Sequence record: OP889247.1
DNA: 64,000 bases
Strand: one strand, 5' to 3'
Shown: positions 27,860 to 36,753 of the stretch, in pieces
How the letters are laid out: the number at the start of each line of letters is the position of its first letter
Position numbering within the stretch: the first letter of the stretch is position 1
Made by a program: the position numbers and the translations under genes
The notes under the pieces: model-generated
Told to the model about the DNA's origin: nothing
The model's input: the letters and a program-made list of their open reading frames with translations, nothing else
Database searches by the model: none

Positions 27860-28372
27860 ATGAACGCAATTAACCAAACACTCCCCGTGGAACCTTTAGC
27901 TATATTTGCAAATCCAGCTCCTGTAATGTTTAAACTTAACAGTTGTGATCTTTCTGATTACTTCGAAGGTTACAATTCAGAACAAACACTTATTGCTCTT
28001 GAAGGAGCTTTAAACATTATCTTTAATCCAGATATATTGTTAGGGAAAGTCGATGATGGTTTAACATTGGCAGAAGACAATGGATGGGATAGTGTTGAAA
28101 ATAACATTACTTCTGAAACAGTGTTTAATCTAGTCAATCGTCATGACAGTTGTACTGTCATGACACATGAAGAATTAATAGAAGCTTTTACTAGTTCTTT
28201 CGATGCAATTGTGAATAAACTTTCCGAAGATATTACAGGAGATCATTACAATTCTGATGTTGCTACAATTTATGCAGAAATGACTACTTTTAACAACATT
28301 ACTGTTAACTCTTATTTATACGAAGAAAGAAGTAATGTGCTAAGAGTATATCTTACTTTCAATATGTATTGA
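27860..28372 (+). CDS. Hypothetical acidic protein
   Basis: 170-aa ORF with a GAG SD, ending before a terminator. Confidence 0.65.
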   Translation: MNAINQTLPVEPLAIFANPAPVMFKLNSCDLSDYFEGYNSEQTLIALEGALNIIFNPDILLGKVDDGLTLAEDNGWDSVENNITSETVFNLVNRHDSCTVMTHEELIEAFTSSFDAIVNKLSEDITGDHYNSDVATIYAEMTTFNNITVNSYLYEERSNVLRVYLTFNMY

Positions 28373-28380
28373 ACATACAT

Positions 28381-28420
28381 AAGTTCCCTACCTAACCTTA
28401 ATTGGTTAGGTAGGGAACTT
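28381..28420. terminator. Bidirectional terminator
   Basis: AAGTTCCCTACCTAACC-TTAATT-GGTTAGGTAGGGAACTT, 17-bp stem between convergent genes. Confidence 0.8.
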
Positions 28421-28437
28421 CATATCACTTTTTCTAT

Positions 28438-28695
28438 TTACTTACCAAGGATTTCTTTGTCAAGAATACCTTTCGCAGAATCACGTTGTACTTGTGCTTC
28501 AGCAACGGCTACCTTGGCTTTTTCAAGTTGAGCTTCAACTTTACCCAGGTGAGTTTTAGCTACACCAAGTTTAACCTCAGCAGCATGGTAGTTCTTCAGA
28601 GCTTCACTCTGCTCTTTGTACTCAGGGGAGAGTACAGCACAACCAGTCAGACCCATAAAGGTCATTGCTACAGCGAGAGTTTTCCACATCTTCAT
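28438..28695 (-). CDS. Small coiled-coil lipoprotein (85 aa)
   Basis: GGAG SD, MKMWKTLAVAMTFMGLTG-C lipobox, heptad-rich mature part, C-terminal Lys. Confidence 0.78.
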   Translation of the reverse strand: MKMWKTLAVAMTFMGLTGCAVLSPEYKEQSEALKNYHAAEVKLGVAKTHLGKVEAQLEKAKVAVAEAQVQRDSAKGILDKEILGK

Positions 28696-28751
28696 TTTAC
28701 TACTCCAGATGTTTATAGTTAAAAGGACATAAAATTGCAAATAGTAGATTC

Positions 28752-30056
28752 TTACTTTACAATTCTGTTTATATCCAGTTTCACCATTTTTAACTGAGAT
28801 GTGTGCATTCCTTTCATACGTTGCAACATGATCTGTGTGAAGATAAGAACTGTTTCGGCAGAAACACGGTTTTGAATAGCACCTAGTTTTTCTCCGCAAC
28901 AAACCTTGCAAAGGTTAAAGTCACCTTGTTCGCAGAACTGGGGGACTCTAAATTGCAGTGGTTTACCTAACAGCGCTTTATCAGCCTTAGTCAACACCTT
29001 TAGACCATCAGCAGTTTTATAATACCCACCTACCCAAGATCCGAAACTAAAGTCATTAAGTGTTACTGTTTCTGTTCTTGGAGTTTGACAATCAGTATCA
29101 ATGGCTTCAATTCGGTCAGTAAGAAGAATCATTACTTTAACTTCTGCTCCACCTTCACCTGTTGCGTTACCACGGTCGTAGGAACCAGAAATAGCCGTAT
29201 TGATATAAGCTGGATAGTTATCTTTATCCCAACCCTCATTCAACGAGTTACGAAGTAGTTGATACTTACCGGTATTAAAATCAGGAACCATGTCAAATAC
29301 AACAAACATTTTCTTACGGGCGTTATCAATGAACTTCTTATCAATGAAGAAGTCTTTAGATGGACCGTTGTATTGAATAGAAGCATCAAGCGCTACAACT
29401 TCGTCAATGACTTTTGCTACAGCTGATGGGTCATTAAGTTTGTTCTCTTTCTCTAGTTCGTTTAGTAGCTTATCACGAAGTTTGATTACGTCAGGATGAA
29501 CGGTAAGGACATCTAAGGAAGACGCTTTAACAAATACGTCGTTAAGTCCCTCTAAGTAATCAAGGTTCTTAGTAATGTTCAAACATTGAGTGACGGATGC
29601 TTTATCAGATGGAATAGTTTCACCTTCCTTGGGATCGTCTACCATGATAGAGTCAATAAGACCACGTACGGTACCAGAAGTAATTGGCCCATTGATGTAA
29701 CTTGCTGCGTGACCAACCGATTCAAAGAAAACGACTAGGTTTACTAACAACAATCCTACAGTCGTTTCAATCTTCTCTTTAACGAATTCATGAACTGACA
29801 TATCGACTGTGATTTTATCGTTCTTATTAAAGAGAGCTTTATCGTACTGTGCGTGCTCTATAACAACTTTCTTACCTTCTTTAAGGAAATATACTTCCTT
29901 AGTATCAGGATCGCGTAGAAGCGCGTACGGTACTGTTTTGAGCTTGTTATTGTTAGCTACAGAAGGAGTTACAATAGAGAATACTGAAAGTAGAAATGAT
30001 TTGCGAATGTAAGCTCTATTATTAATTGCTTCAAAGAGATAATCAAACTTGTTCAT
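28752..30056 (-). CDS. Virion RNA polymerase beta' subunit fragment (phiKZ gp80-like)
   Basis: Bridge-helix-like ATGEGGAEVK, DCQTP, RVPQFC..LCKVCCG Zn site, and TQIMLQRMKGMH. Confidence 0.8.
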   Translation of the reverse strand: MNKFDYLFEAINNRAYIRKSFLLSVFSIVTPSVANNNKLKTVPYALLRDPDTKEVYFLKEGKKVVIEHAQYDKALFNKNDKITVDMSVHEFVKEKIETTVGLLLVNLVVFFESVGHAASYINGPITSGTVRGLIDSIMVDDPKEGETIPSDKASVTQCLNITKNLDYLEGLNDVFVKASSLDVLTVHPDVIKLRDKLLNELEKENKLNDPSAVAKVIDEVVALDASIQYNGPSKDFFIDKKFIDNARKKMFVVFDMVPDFNTGKYQLLRNSLNEGWDKDNYPAYINTAISGSYDRGNATGEGGAEVKVMILLTDRIEAIDTDCQTPRTETVTLNDFSFGSWVGGYYKTADGLKVLTKADKALLGKPLQFRVPQFCEQGDFNLCKVCCGEKLGAIQNRVSAETVLIFTQIMLQRMKGMHTSQLKMVKLDINRIVK

Positions 30057-30927
30057 CTAGTTTAACCTTTTCCAATAGAGTTTGTGCTTTGTATATCTCA
30101 TCCATGTTTTCTGCTACTTCTTCTAACAAAGCGAAATACTGGGATTTGATTTGACCGTCAGTAAGATCAGAGATAAGCATCAGAGAAAGAACTTGCTTAA
30201 AGTAATCTAATTTGTCCTCAGTGAGTTTAATCCCAAGATCAGAAACAAACAAGGTCATTAATACTTCGAGAGAGAGAGTGGAAGCACCACCTTTGGTAAT
30301 ATGCTCCCAAGCTAAGGTTTCTTTGAGAAACTCTTTATTAGCTTGTACACGACGTTTAATGGTAGGTTCCATATATTCAGTGTCATCGTTATCTAGGATA
30401 TTCAAACCGATGAGAATACCTTTGGTAACATTAGGAGAAACCTCCTTAATCATATAAGGGAAGTTCTCTAAATCATAATCTGGTTCAACACGTTCAATGA
30501 CACGAATGAAACGTTCCTTAGCATCGATCAATTCGTCATCTAGAATCTCTACCAGTTGCATTAAATCATCCATACCGTCTAGAGTATAAATAGTATCTAG
30601 AATGTGGACAAGATCTTTCAAGCTATCTGGTGAAACATAATCGTAATCAATGATAATTCCCATCATCTGTAAACAATCTACTATGCTGTCGATCAGAAGT
30701 TTTCTGATATGCATAACAGTGTCAGATGTTTCAAGGGACTCATCAATTAAGATATTGGTAATCTGGATGTCATTTCCATTCTCAGGAAGAGAAATAGAAA
30801 TTAAGTTATACGCATCCTTGAATAATATAGCTGCTTCAGGCATTAACCTTGCAGCAAAATCCTGCCACATCTCGCCTAAATTTTCTACAGCAAGATTTCT
30901 GTCTCCAAGATCAATTATCTCAGACAT
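30043..30927 (-). CDS. Conserved virion-associated hypothetical protein
   Basis: 294-aa acidic ORF overlapping the vRNAP gene start. Confidence 0.65.
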   Translation of the reverse strand: MSEIIDLGDRNLAVENLGEMWQDFAARLMPEAAILFKDAYNLISISLPENGNDIQITNILIDESLETSDTVMHIRKLLIDSIVDCLQMMGIIIDYDYVSPDSLKDLVHILDTIYTLDGMDDLMQLVEILDDELIDAKERFIRVIERVEPDYDLENFPYMIKEVSPNVTKGILIGLNILDNDDTEYMEPTIKRRVQANKEFLKETLAWEHITKGGASTLSLEVLMTLFVSDLGIKLTEDKLDYFKQVLSLMLISDLTDGQIKSQYFALLEEVAENMDEIYKAQTLLEKVKLDEQV

Positions 30928-30959
30928 AAGTCATGTTCCCATTCTGTTATTAAAGGAGT

Positions 30960-30968
30960 TCATAACAT
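30960..30968 (-). promoter_or_regulatory. Candidate late (TATG-type) promoter
   Basis: ATGTTATGA on the - strand, 33 bp upstream of the 30927 start; the same 9-mer occurs at 40766 and 59121. Confidence 0.45.
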
Positions 30969-31659
30969 GAGCAAAAAGGCCCAACAAAATGCAGCTGCAA
31001 AACGTGCTCGTCGTAACACTGCAAGTAAAGTAAAACGCAGTGATCGTAACGCTAAAGGTGTTAAGGTTTTGCCAGGTCGTAGACCCACTCGTGGTAGCGA
31101 AGCGCTTACTGCATTGGCGCAAGCTCTCTCTCGTTCTAACCTTGATGACCCGCTCCAGTACATCCTTGATGGCGGTAAAAGTGAAGGTGAATTCAATCCG
31201 CAATCATTGATCAAAACCTCCCGTAAAGCTGTAGGTGAAGTTTACAAACTGTTTAGTTATGTAGTGTTGGCTGAACGTTTGGTGCAACAGAAAGCTTTTG
31301 TACATGACTTTGCTTGCGATCTGGATCGTGTTACTAATGAGTTGATCGAGATTGATCGTCAAGTTATGCGTCTGCCCAAACTGGCAGAAATCGATCTGGA
31401 ATCTTTCACTATCGATATGCTTGATATTGGTGGTTATGTAGAGAACCTCGCTGATCAACTTTATACCGAAATTGAAGCGCTTGAGAAACACAGTTTTGTT
31501 ATTGAAGACCGTCTCAATAAAGCAGCTCATGATTTCCAAGTTTCTCACCCAGAAGTTACCGAACAAGATGCTCGTTTGGTAATCATGGAAACTGTTTCTC
31601 AGGAACGTGTTAATAAGTTCCGTCAACTGCAACAACAAGCCGAAACTGCTGAGGTTTAA
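30967..31659 (+). CDS. Conserved hypothetical protein with basic N-terminus and helical body
   Basis: AAGGAG SD; K/R-rich N-terminal 40 aa. Confidence 0.7.
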   Translation: MSKKAQQNAAAKRARRNTASKVKRSDRNAKGVKVLPGRRPTRGSEALTALAQALSRSNLDDPLQYILDGGKSEGEFNPQSLIKTSRKAVGEVYKLFSYVVLAERLVQQKAFVHDFACDLDRVTNELIEIDRQVMRLPKLAEIDLESFTIDMLDIGGYVENLADQLYTEIEALEKHSFVIEDRLNKAAHDFQVSHPEVTEQDARLVIMETVSQERVNKFRQLQQQAETAEV

Positions 31660-31661
31660 TA

Positions 31662-33296
31662 ATGTCTGAAGAAATTCAAACCCAAGAGCCTGCTAAACCT
31701 ATTAAACGGATTAAGCCGATCGAATATCTGCGAGAAGCCATCATCCAAGGTAAAGAAGCTAATCAAGCTTACTCTCTTCCTTTATTCCTTGGTAGTCTGA
31801 CTTCTCAACACGAAGCTATCCTTACTACGGCCACTGTGTACGCGCAACTTAAACAAGTTGATGATGACATTAACAGTGGTAATAGTAATATCTCTGAAAG
31901 TATTCGTAACTCATTGCGAGTTAAGTTTGAAGAACTGCAAGAGAAGCATTTCCCAGAAGTTGATCAAGATGAGCTTGGGGTAATGCTGATCAACTACTTC
32001 CAGTTCTATCAGCGTGGTTTGGATCGAGTTCTAGCTCGGGAAGATAATCAAGAGTTCATCGATCCATCAGTTCTGATGAACACATTCCCGTTCCGTAATG
32101 AACGTATTGGGATCATCAACCCGATTAAACCACAAGTAAAAGCTAAAGACTCTGTACGTGACCGCATGCGTCGCAGTAAGCTTAAACTTGCCAATGAACC
32201 TGATACATTCTCCTTGATGTTGGTAAACTCTCGTGTCTTCTTGAAGATGAAAGTTCCCACTCCCCTGGATATGGTTCTACTCATTAACAAGATTACCTCA
32301 GAGCTTAAAGGTTATGGTGAACGTTACCGTGTTTCCTCTATGCATCTGGAACGAGCACTGATTACTCGTATCCTTGTGACCTTCATGTTAGAGAAGGCCA
32401 CTTACTGGTCTGTTGCTGATATTCTTGACGCGGAAGAACTGTTCAAGATCATCAAGTTTGAAGACGTTGGTATTATTGCAACCACTCTTCTTGCTAACGC
32501 AGCTCCTAAGGGTGTGAGTTACACGATCTCCTGTCTGGCTGATAAGTGTGATTATAACGAGACCAATTTGATTGATCCAGCTAACCTTGTGGTTTATGAC
32601 GATATACGTCTACCCCAAGTGTATAAGGATCAAATCAGTGCTATCTTGAACACCGGTAAGAAGTTTACCATTGAAGAACTCAAAGCTTCAGATGTTCCTT
32701 ACACTGACTTTGAAGGTAATGTAATTGATACTGTTGTTAAGCACGACAACGGAGCTGGTGAAGTTCATATCAAGTCACCTTATCTGGCGGATTACTTTAC
32801 CTGCTTTGATAACATGGCTGAACAGATCAACCCAGAGTTGCGTGAACTTGCTGTGCAATTCCCTAATCAGAAAGTGTACGCAACTAAACGTGCTGAAGTA
32901 ATGGGTTCTATCCGAATGGCCGAATATCTTCAGTGGTTTGATAAAACCGTTACTTTGCCAGAACCTGGTGAAGATGGAGAACCTGAGGTAATTAGTCGTC
33001 AGGAAGATCCTAAAGGGTTTGATCAAGGTCTGCTGGATATGTTCAATAGCGACGATAACTTGCTGCGAGATGCACTGGATAAAGTCATTAAGAGTGTACC
33101 TAAGTTGACTTATGTTTACATCGGTATTCCTGATGATCACTGTCCTAAGTGCAAAACTCGCGCTAATGATGTAATCAAGGAGATTAATGGAGGTTTCACT
33201 CCTATTGATCCAATTCTGAATTTTTTCGACCATACCCGGATGTTGATAACGATGCGACGAGATCTCGTGACTTTACAAGAGGAAATTCTTTCCTAA
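31662..33296 (+). CDS. Putative tail/baseplate assembly chaperone (G-type, frameshift-containing)
   Basis: 544 aa with C-x4-C and CPKC motifs reminiscent of T4 gp26/gp51-like proteins; slippery T TTT TTC near the 3' end. Confidence 0.55.
   Translation: MSEEIQTQEPAKPIKRIKPIEYLREAIIQGKEANQAYSLPLFLGSLTSQHEAILTTATVYAQLKQVDDDINSGNSNISESIRNSLRVKFEELQEKHFPEVDQDELGVMLINYFQFYQRGLDRVLAREDNQEFIDPSVLMNTFPFRNERIGIINPIKPQVKAKDSVRDRMRRSKLKLANEPDTFSLMLVNSRVFLKMKVPTPLDMVLLINKITSELKGYGERYRVSSMHLERALITRILVTFMLEKATYWSVADILDAEELFKIIKFEDVGIIATTLLANAAPKGVSYTISCLADKCDYNETNLIDPANLVVYDDIRLPQVYKDQISAILNTGKKFTIEELKASDVPYTDFEGNVIDTVVKHDNGAGEVHIKSPYLADYFTCFDNMAEQINPELRELAVQFPNQKVYATKRAEVMGSIRMAEYLQWFDKTVTLPEPGEDGEPEVISRQEDPKGFDQGLLDMFNSDDNLLRDALDKVIKSVPKLTYVYIGIPDDHCPKCKTRANDVIKEINGGFTPIDPILNFFDHTRMLITMRRDLVTLQEEILS
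33221..33227 (+). other. Putative -1 programmed ribosomal frameshift site U-UUU-UUC
   Basis: The 0-frame reads AAT TTT TTC. The -1 frame is open from 33209 through ATG 33374 to the stop at 33733. Confidence 0.65.
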
Positions 33297-33733
33297 GTAG
33301 CGATCAGTCTGGTCAACTCCAACCAAGGTTCAAAGAGCAGAGCGATAAACTGCTCTTTGAAACCTACCGCAACATGCCACAAAGTAAATTAGAATTGTTG
33401 ATTACAGAGCGCAGAGCTTACATGATGAAGTTTGGTTGGGTTGCTGATAGAGAACCTTTAAGTAACACAATCAAATATAATCGAGCTCGCAGAGACTCTA
33501 GTCATCAGTTCAGTGCGGCTGCGGTTGGAGAGATGTTCGGGTTTAGAGAATATGGTGAGATCTTACCGCTTAAAGATTTCTTAACTCTTCCATGTAATGT
33601 ATTAGAAGATATCATTGATTCTGTGGCTGTTGGTAAACGTAAAGCTAAAGAAGTAGCTGACCGTATGACCAAGAAAAACAAAGGAATCCCTGAAGCGGAA
33701 CAACTTCTAAAACAACTTGAGAATAAGGATTAA
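33221..33733 (+). CDS. Frameshift extension (T segment) of the 31662 protein; includes ORF 33374..33733
   Basis: 51 sense codons precede ATG 33374, which has no SD. Contains the LKDFLTLP motif. Confidence 0.6.
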   Translation, partial: FFRPYPDVDNDATRSRDFTRGNSFLSSDQSGQLQPRFKEQSDKLLFETYRNMPQSKLELLITERRAYMMKFGWVADREPLSNTIKYNRARRDSSHQFSAAAVGEMFGFREYGEILPLKDFLTLPCNVLEDIIDSVAVGKRKAKEVADRMTKKNKGIPEAEQLLKQLENKD

Positions 33734-33735
33734 CA

Positions 33736-34284
33736 ATGTCTAAACCACATGTACCACCTGTAGTGGAACAAAGCAAAACAGCTGTAGCTCAACAGCAGGC
33801 AGTTGTCGAGAAAATGGATACTAGTGTAATGGTTCCTACAGAGAAGGTTCCCGCCACACCTGCCACTATTTATCAAAATGGTATTGATAACTTTGTAAAG
33901 TTTATCAAAGGCGAATTTAAATCTGCTAGTTTGCAAGAACGTAGTAACTATCAGTGTGAGTTTATGGGAACTATCGTTCAGATGCTCTCTATTGACTCTG
34001 AAGAAGTAGCCAAGGTACTTAACCACTTCATCGAAGTGATTCTTACCAACCCTGTACAGTTTGGTCAAAGCGAAATCTTTGCCCCACTGTACGTAGTCGA
34101 GAAAGAGAAAATGAAACCAGCTGACGAGATCCTTCGTTATAAGCAGTTCATGACTTTCATGGTAAGCTTGGCTAAGAACGCTCAGAACCGTCAACGTTTT
34201 GTAGCTAATGTTGATATGCGTAAATTGCTGAGCTATTTCCCTAGGAAAGCAGCTGACAATTTGCAAGAGTATTGCTTCCGTTAA
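33736..34284 (+). CDS. Conserved hypothetical protein
   Basis: 182 aa, AAGGA SD, followed by a terminator. Confidence 0.7.
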   Translation: MSKPHVPPVVEQSKTAVAQQQAVVEKMDTSVMVPTEKVPATPATIYQNGIDNFVKFIKGEFKSASLQERSNYQCEFMGTIVQMLSIDSEEVAKVLNHFIEVILTNPVQFGQSEIFAPLYVVEKEKMKPADEILRYKQFMTFMVSLAKNAQNRQRFVANVDMRKLLSYFPRKAADNLQEYCFR

Positions 34285-34294
34285 TGCGTAAATT

Positions 34295-34330
34295 ACCTTA
34301 CCTAACCGTAATTGGTTAGGTAAGGTTTAT
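34295..34330 (+). terminator. Intrinsic terminator
   Basis: ACCTTACCTAACC-GTAATT-GGTTAGGTAAGGT followed by TTAT. Confidence 0.75.
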
Positions 34331-34345
34331 GTATCTAATTTTAAG

Positions 34346-34379
34346 ATCCATAGATTTTCAAACCTATATTACTATAGTG
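34346..34379 (+). promoter_or_regulatory. Early promoter
   Basis: ATCCATAGATTTTCAAACCTATATTACTATAGTG; a 35-bp block is identical to the 10520 copy. Confidence 0.8.
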
Positions 34380-34438
34380 TATAAACATAAGAGATTCTTT
34401 AATCTCTTCAACCTTTAAGTATAGAGAAGGAATATAGC

Positions 34439-34891
34439 ATGATTAATCAAGCTCAAGATCTGAACGCCCAAGCTGTTTCCATGCATCAGCAAATGGTTGA
34501 TCAAACTTTTCAACAACTGAATTCCCAACTGGGTGATTCCTCTATCCTTCGTTACGCTGCTTGCAACAACTGGGATGAGATTGTAGCTGTTTCTCAAGAC
34601 ACTGCATGTCTGGGTAAGTACACTAATCTGGCAGGTGCTCTTGCTGGCGTAGCTGCGTCTGTAGCTATTGAACTCACCCGCGAAGGTGGTAGTGTTGCTA
34701 CCGCTAGTGTAGCAGCTGGTGTTGGTGGTGGATTGATCTTCGCTAACCGTGAAGCTATCATGGGATTCCAAAATGGTCCTGCTTCAGTGGTTGGTGGTTT
34801 GGGTCTGTTGGGTCTGACCCAAGTGGCGGCTCGTATCGTGGGTGCCGTAGCTCCCAATAAATCTGAAGAAGCACAAGAGTACATCGGTTAA
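34439..34891 (+). CDS. Early glycine/alanine-zipper membrane protein
   Basis: GAAGGA SD, biased codon usage, and three hydrophobic small-residue (GxxxG/AxxxA) segments. Confidence 0.72.
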   Translation: MINQAQDLNAQAVSMHQQMVDQTFQQLNSQLGDSSILRYAACNNWDEIVAVSQDTACLGKYTNLAGALAGVAASVAIELTREGGSVATASVAAGVGGGLIFANREAIMGFQNGPASVVGGLGLLGLTQVAARIVGAVAPNKSEEAQEYIG

Positions 34892-34922
34892 TACTTTACT
34901 TTAAATCTAGGAGAATGCAATT

Positions 34923-35144
34923 ATGTCTATTTACGAAATGTTGGTCTGGGTTCTCGCGATCGTAGTTGCGGTTTATCTGATCATCGGTGTTTATCACCTG
35001 ATCAAACTGATCAACTGGAAACTCCCTGAGTACTTGAACGAAGCAGGGGTTACCAAACAGAATCATGTTAAGGTAGCACTCTGGTTGATCGTGGTATACA
35101 CGGTTTGTGACTTACTGGTAATGCTTGCATCGCCTTTTATGTGA
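34923..35144 (+). CDS. Small two-TM membrane protein
   Basis: AGGAG SD; two hydrophobic helices in 73 aa. Confidence 0.72.
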   Translation: MSIYEMLVWVLAIVVAVYLIIGVYHLIKLINWKLPEYLNEAGVTKQNHVKVALWLIVVYTVCDLLVMLASPFM

Positions 35145-35151
35145 TATCTAA

Positions 35152-35183
35152 AGTTACCTACTCCCAACTGGGAGTAGGTAACT
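35152..35183 (+). terminator. Stem-loop terminator
   Basis: AGTTACCTACTCCC-AACT-GGGAGTAGGTAACT. Confidence 0.72.
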
Positions 35184-35211
35184 AATAATAGTTTATATTT
35201 TTTTTTACTCT

Positions 35212-35245
35212 TTCTATAATTTCTTAAACCGATATTATTAAACTG
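35212..35245 (+). promoter_or_regulatory. Early-type promoter
   Basis: TTCTATAATTTCTTAAACCGATATTATTAAACTG aligns with the other copies. Confidence 0.68.
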
Positions 35246-35282
35246 TAGTAAACAATATATGTATTTCAAAGGAGTATAGAAA

Positions 35283-35801
35283 ATGGAAAATAAAGTTTGT
35301 AAAGGTAAACTTTATATAAATGGAAAGGGTTATGGTGCAGATATTTATTTCTTAGCTGGTGATCTTGATAAACTCGATGCGTTATTATCTAAGGGTTTAA
35401 TCACGTTAGCCTTTGACCCCGAACCTATACATCTTCCCGCTTTAGTAGCTGGACCTCTAGAGATTTGTAAAGCACCAGATCTACGGTTTATCTATAAACT
35501 TTCAGTTGGTGTGAATAGCTATGACCACCCAAGTTTGAAAATGTTAGCATCTGAGCAAGAGACAATCTATGAAGGTGGTGAAATTTATGAATTACTAACT
35601 AAAGACAATCGGTTCTTTACAAGTAAGCTGATCGATAAACCTATACATAGTTTTAAAGTAAAAGCTATTTCAGAAATGGAAAGAATAGAGAAACTTCTAA
35701 AAGAAGCGGATCTTCAACTATCCCCAGAACAAGAAGTAAAGTTGTTACGCAAAATTATTGAAGAACAACAAACAGTTATAAACAAACTACAAGGAATCTA
35801 A
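35283..35801 (+). CDS. Early hypothetical protein with C-terminal LSPEQ helix
   Basis: AAGGAG SD, 172 aa. Confidence 0.7.
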   Translation: MENKVCKGKLYINGKGYGADIYFLAGDLDKLDALLSKGLITLAFDPEPIHLPALVAGPLEICKAPDLRFIYKLSVGVNSYDHPSLKMLASEQETIYEGGEIYELLTKDNRFFTSKLIDKPIHSFKVKAISEMERIEKLLKEADLQLSPEQEVKLLRKIIEEQQTVINKLQGI

Positions 35802-35803
35802 TC

Positions 35804-36748
35804 ATGGATTACAATTGGCCAGATATGAACCCAATCGTTATTTTGCATTTATCTTATTTAGAACCCAAAGAAGAAGTACTGGGTGTTATTTACCTACGTA
35901 AAAAATCTGTAGAACGTTTCAAGTCAAACGTTAATGAGCTACTTGGTGACAAGTTCAATTTGGTTGAGTTAAATCATGAGCCAAACTTTGACGAATATCT
36001 TCAAAAATCTAAACCTATCACTAGTGTAGAAAGTGACACGTGTTTTATGTTTATTCCGTTTGTTCTTGATTCTAGAATATGGAAATTCACAGCTCCATTA
36101 AACTGTACCGAGTACAAAAATACCAAGAATGCCACTAATGCAAAAGAGCTGTTCATCAATGTTGAATTTGACACGATGACCGTTTTACAATTAAAGGAGG
36201 AACTCGTGGAACATGAGATCAATACCTTGGGTGATGAAATGATCATTGAAGATGTAACAATAAATGCAAAAGAAAAATTAGTGGAAATTAATTTGTTCTC
36301 CCACACCAATGACATTCTTGGAACTTTATGGTGTTTTGAACGTAGTAAAGAACTCTATGAATCCAAACTTAAAATGTATAGTGATACTAGAGTGTTGGTT
36401 AGTAAACCACTGCCCTTGTCAACTTATGAACTGGAACCAGATCAAGGAGTTTTCACTCATCGTTGTGTGAATAACCCAGCTATTTTTATAGCTAAACCGT
36501 TCTCTACACCTCCTTTCCCTTTGGAGGTCAATACTGTTAATGTACCTACCATCGGTAGTGTAAGAAAACTATTGGATGAACTTTCTGGTAATGTTCAACT
36601 AAACGTAACGCCTGTCAACCCTGAACCAATCGTGGATGTTGAAGAAGACCTCAAGACCATTGAGAAGATTCTTGCTAAATATGAACTTAAACTAACAGCA
36701 GAACAAAAATGTAAGTTCCTTGAGGAACTTGTTAAAGTTCTCGGTTAA
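35804..36748 (+). CDS. Early hypothetical protein with C-terminal LTAEQ helix
   Basis: 314 aa, starting 2 bp after the previous stop. Confidence 0.7.
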   Translation: MDYNWPDMNPIVILHLSYLEPKEEVLGVIYLRKKSVERFKSNVNELLGDKFNLVELNHEPNFDEYLQKSKPITSVESDTCFMFIPFVLDSRIWKFTAPLNCTEYKNTKNATNAKELFINVEFDTMTVLQLKEELVEHEINTLGDEMIIEDVTINAKEKLVEINLFSHTNDILGTLWCFERSKELYESKLKMYSDTRVLVSKPLPLSTYELEPDQGVFTHRCVNNPAIFIAKPFSTPPFPLEVNTVNVPTIGSVRKLLDELSGNVQLNVTPVNPEPIVDVEEDLKTIEKILAKYELKLTAEQKCKFLEELVKVLG

Positions 36749-36753
36749 TGATT

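Noticed and set aside
28696-28911. N-terminal 72 aa of ORF 28438..28911
   Set aside because: Overlaps the vRNAP gene in another frame; the SD and signal peptide place the start at 28695.
33189-33193. GGAGG as an internal SD stimulating the -1 frameshift
   Set aside because: About 28 nt upstream of the slippery codons, well beyond the ~10-14 nt spacing of known SD stimulators.
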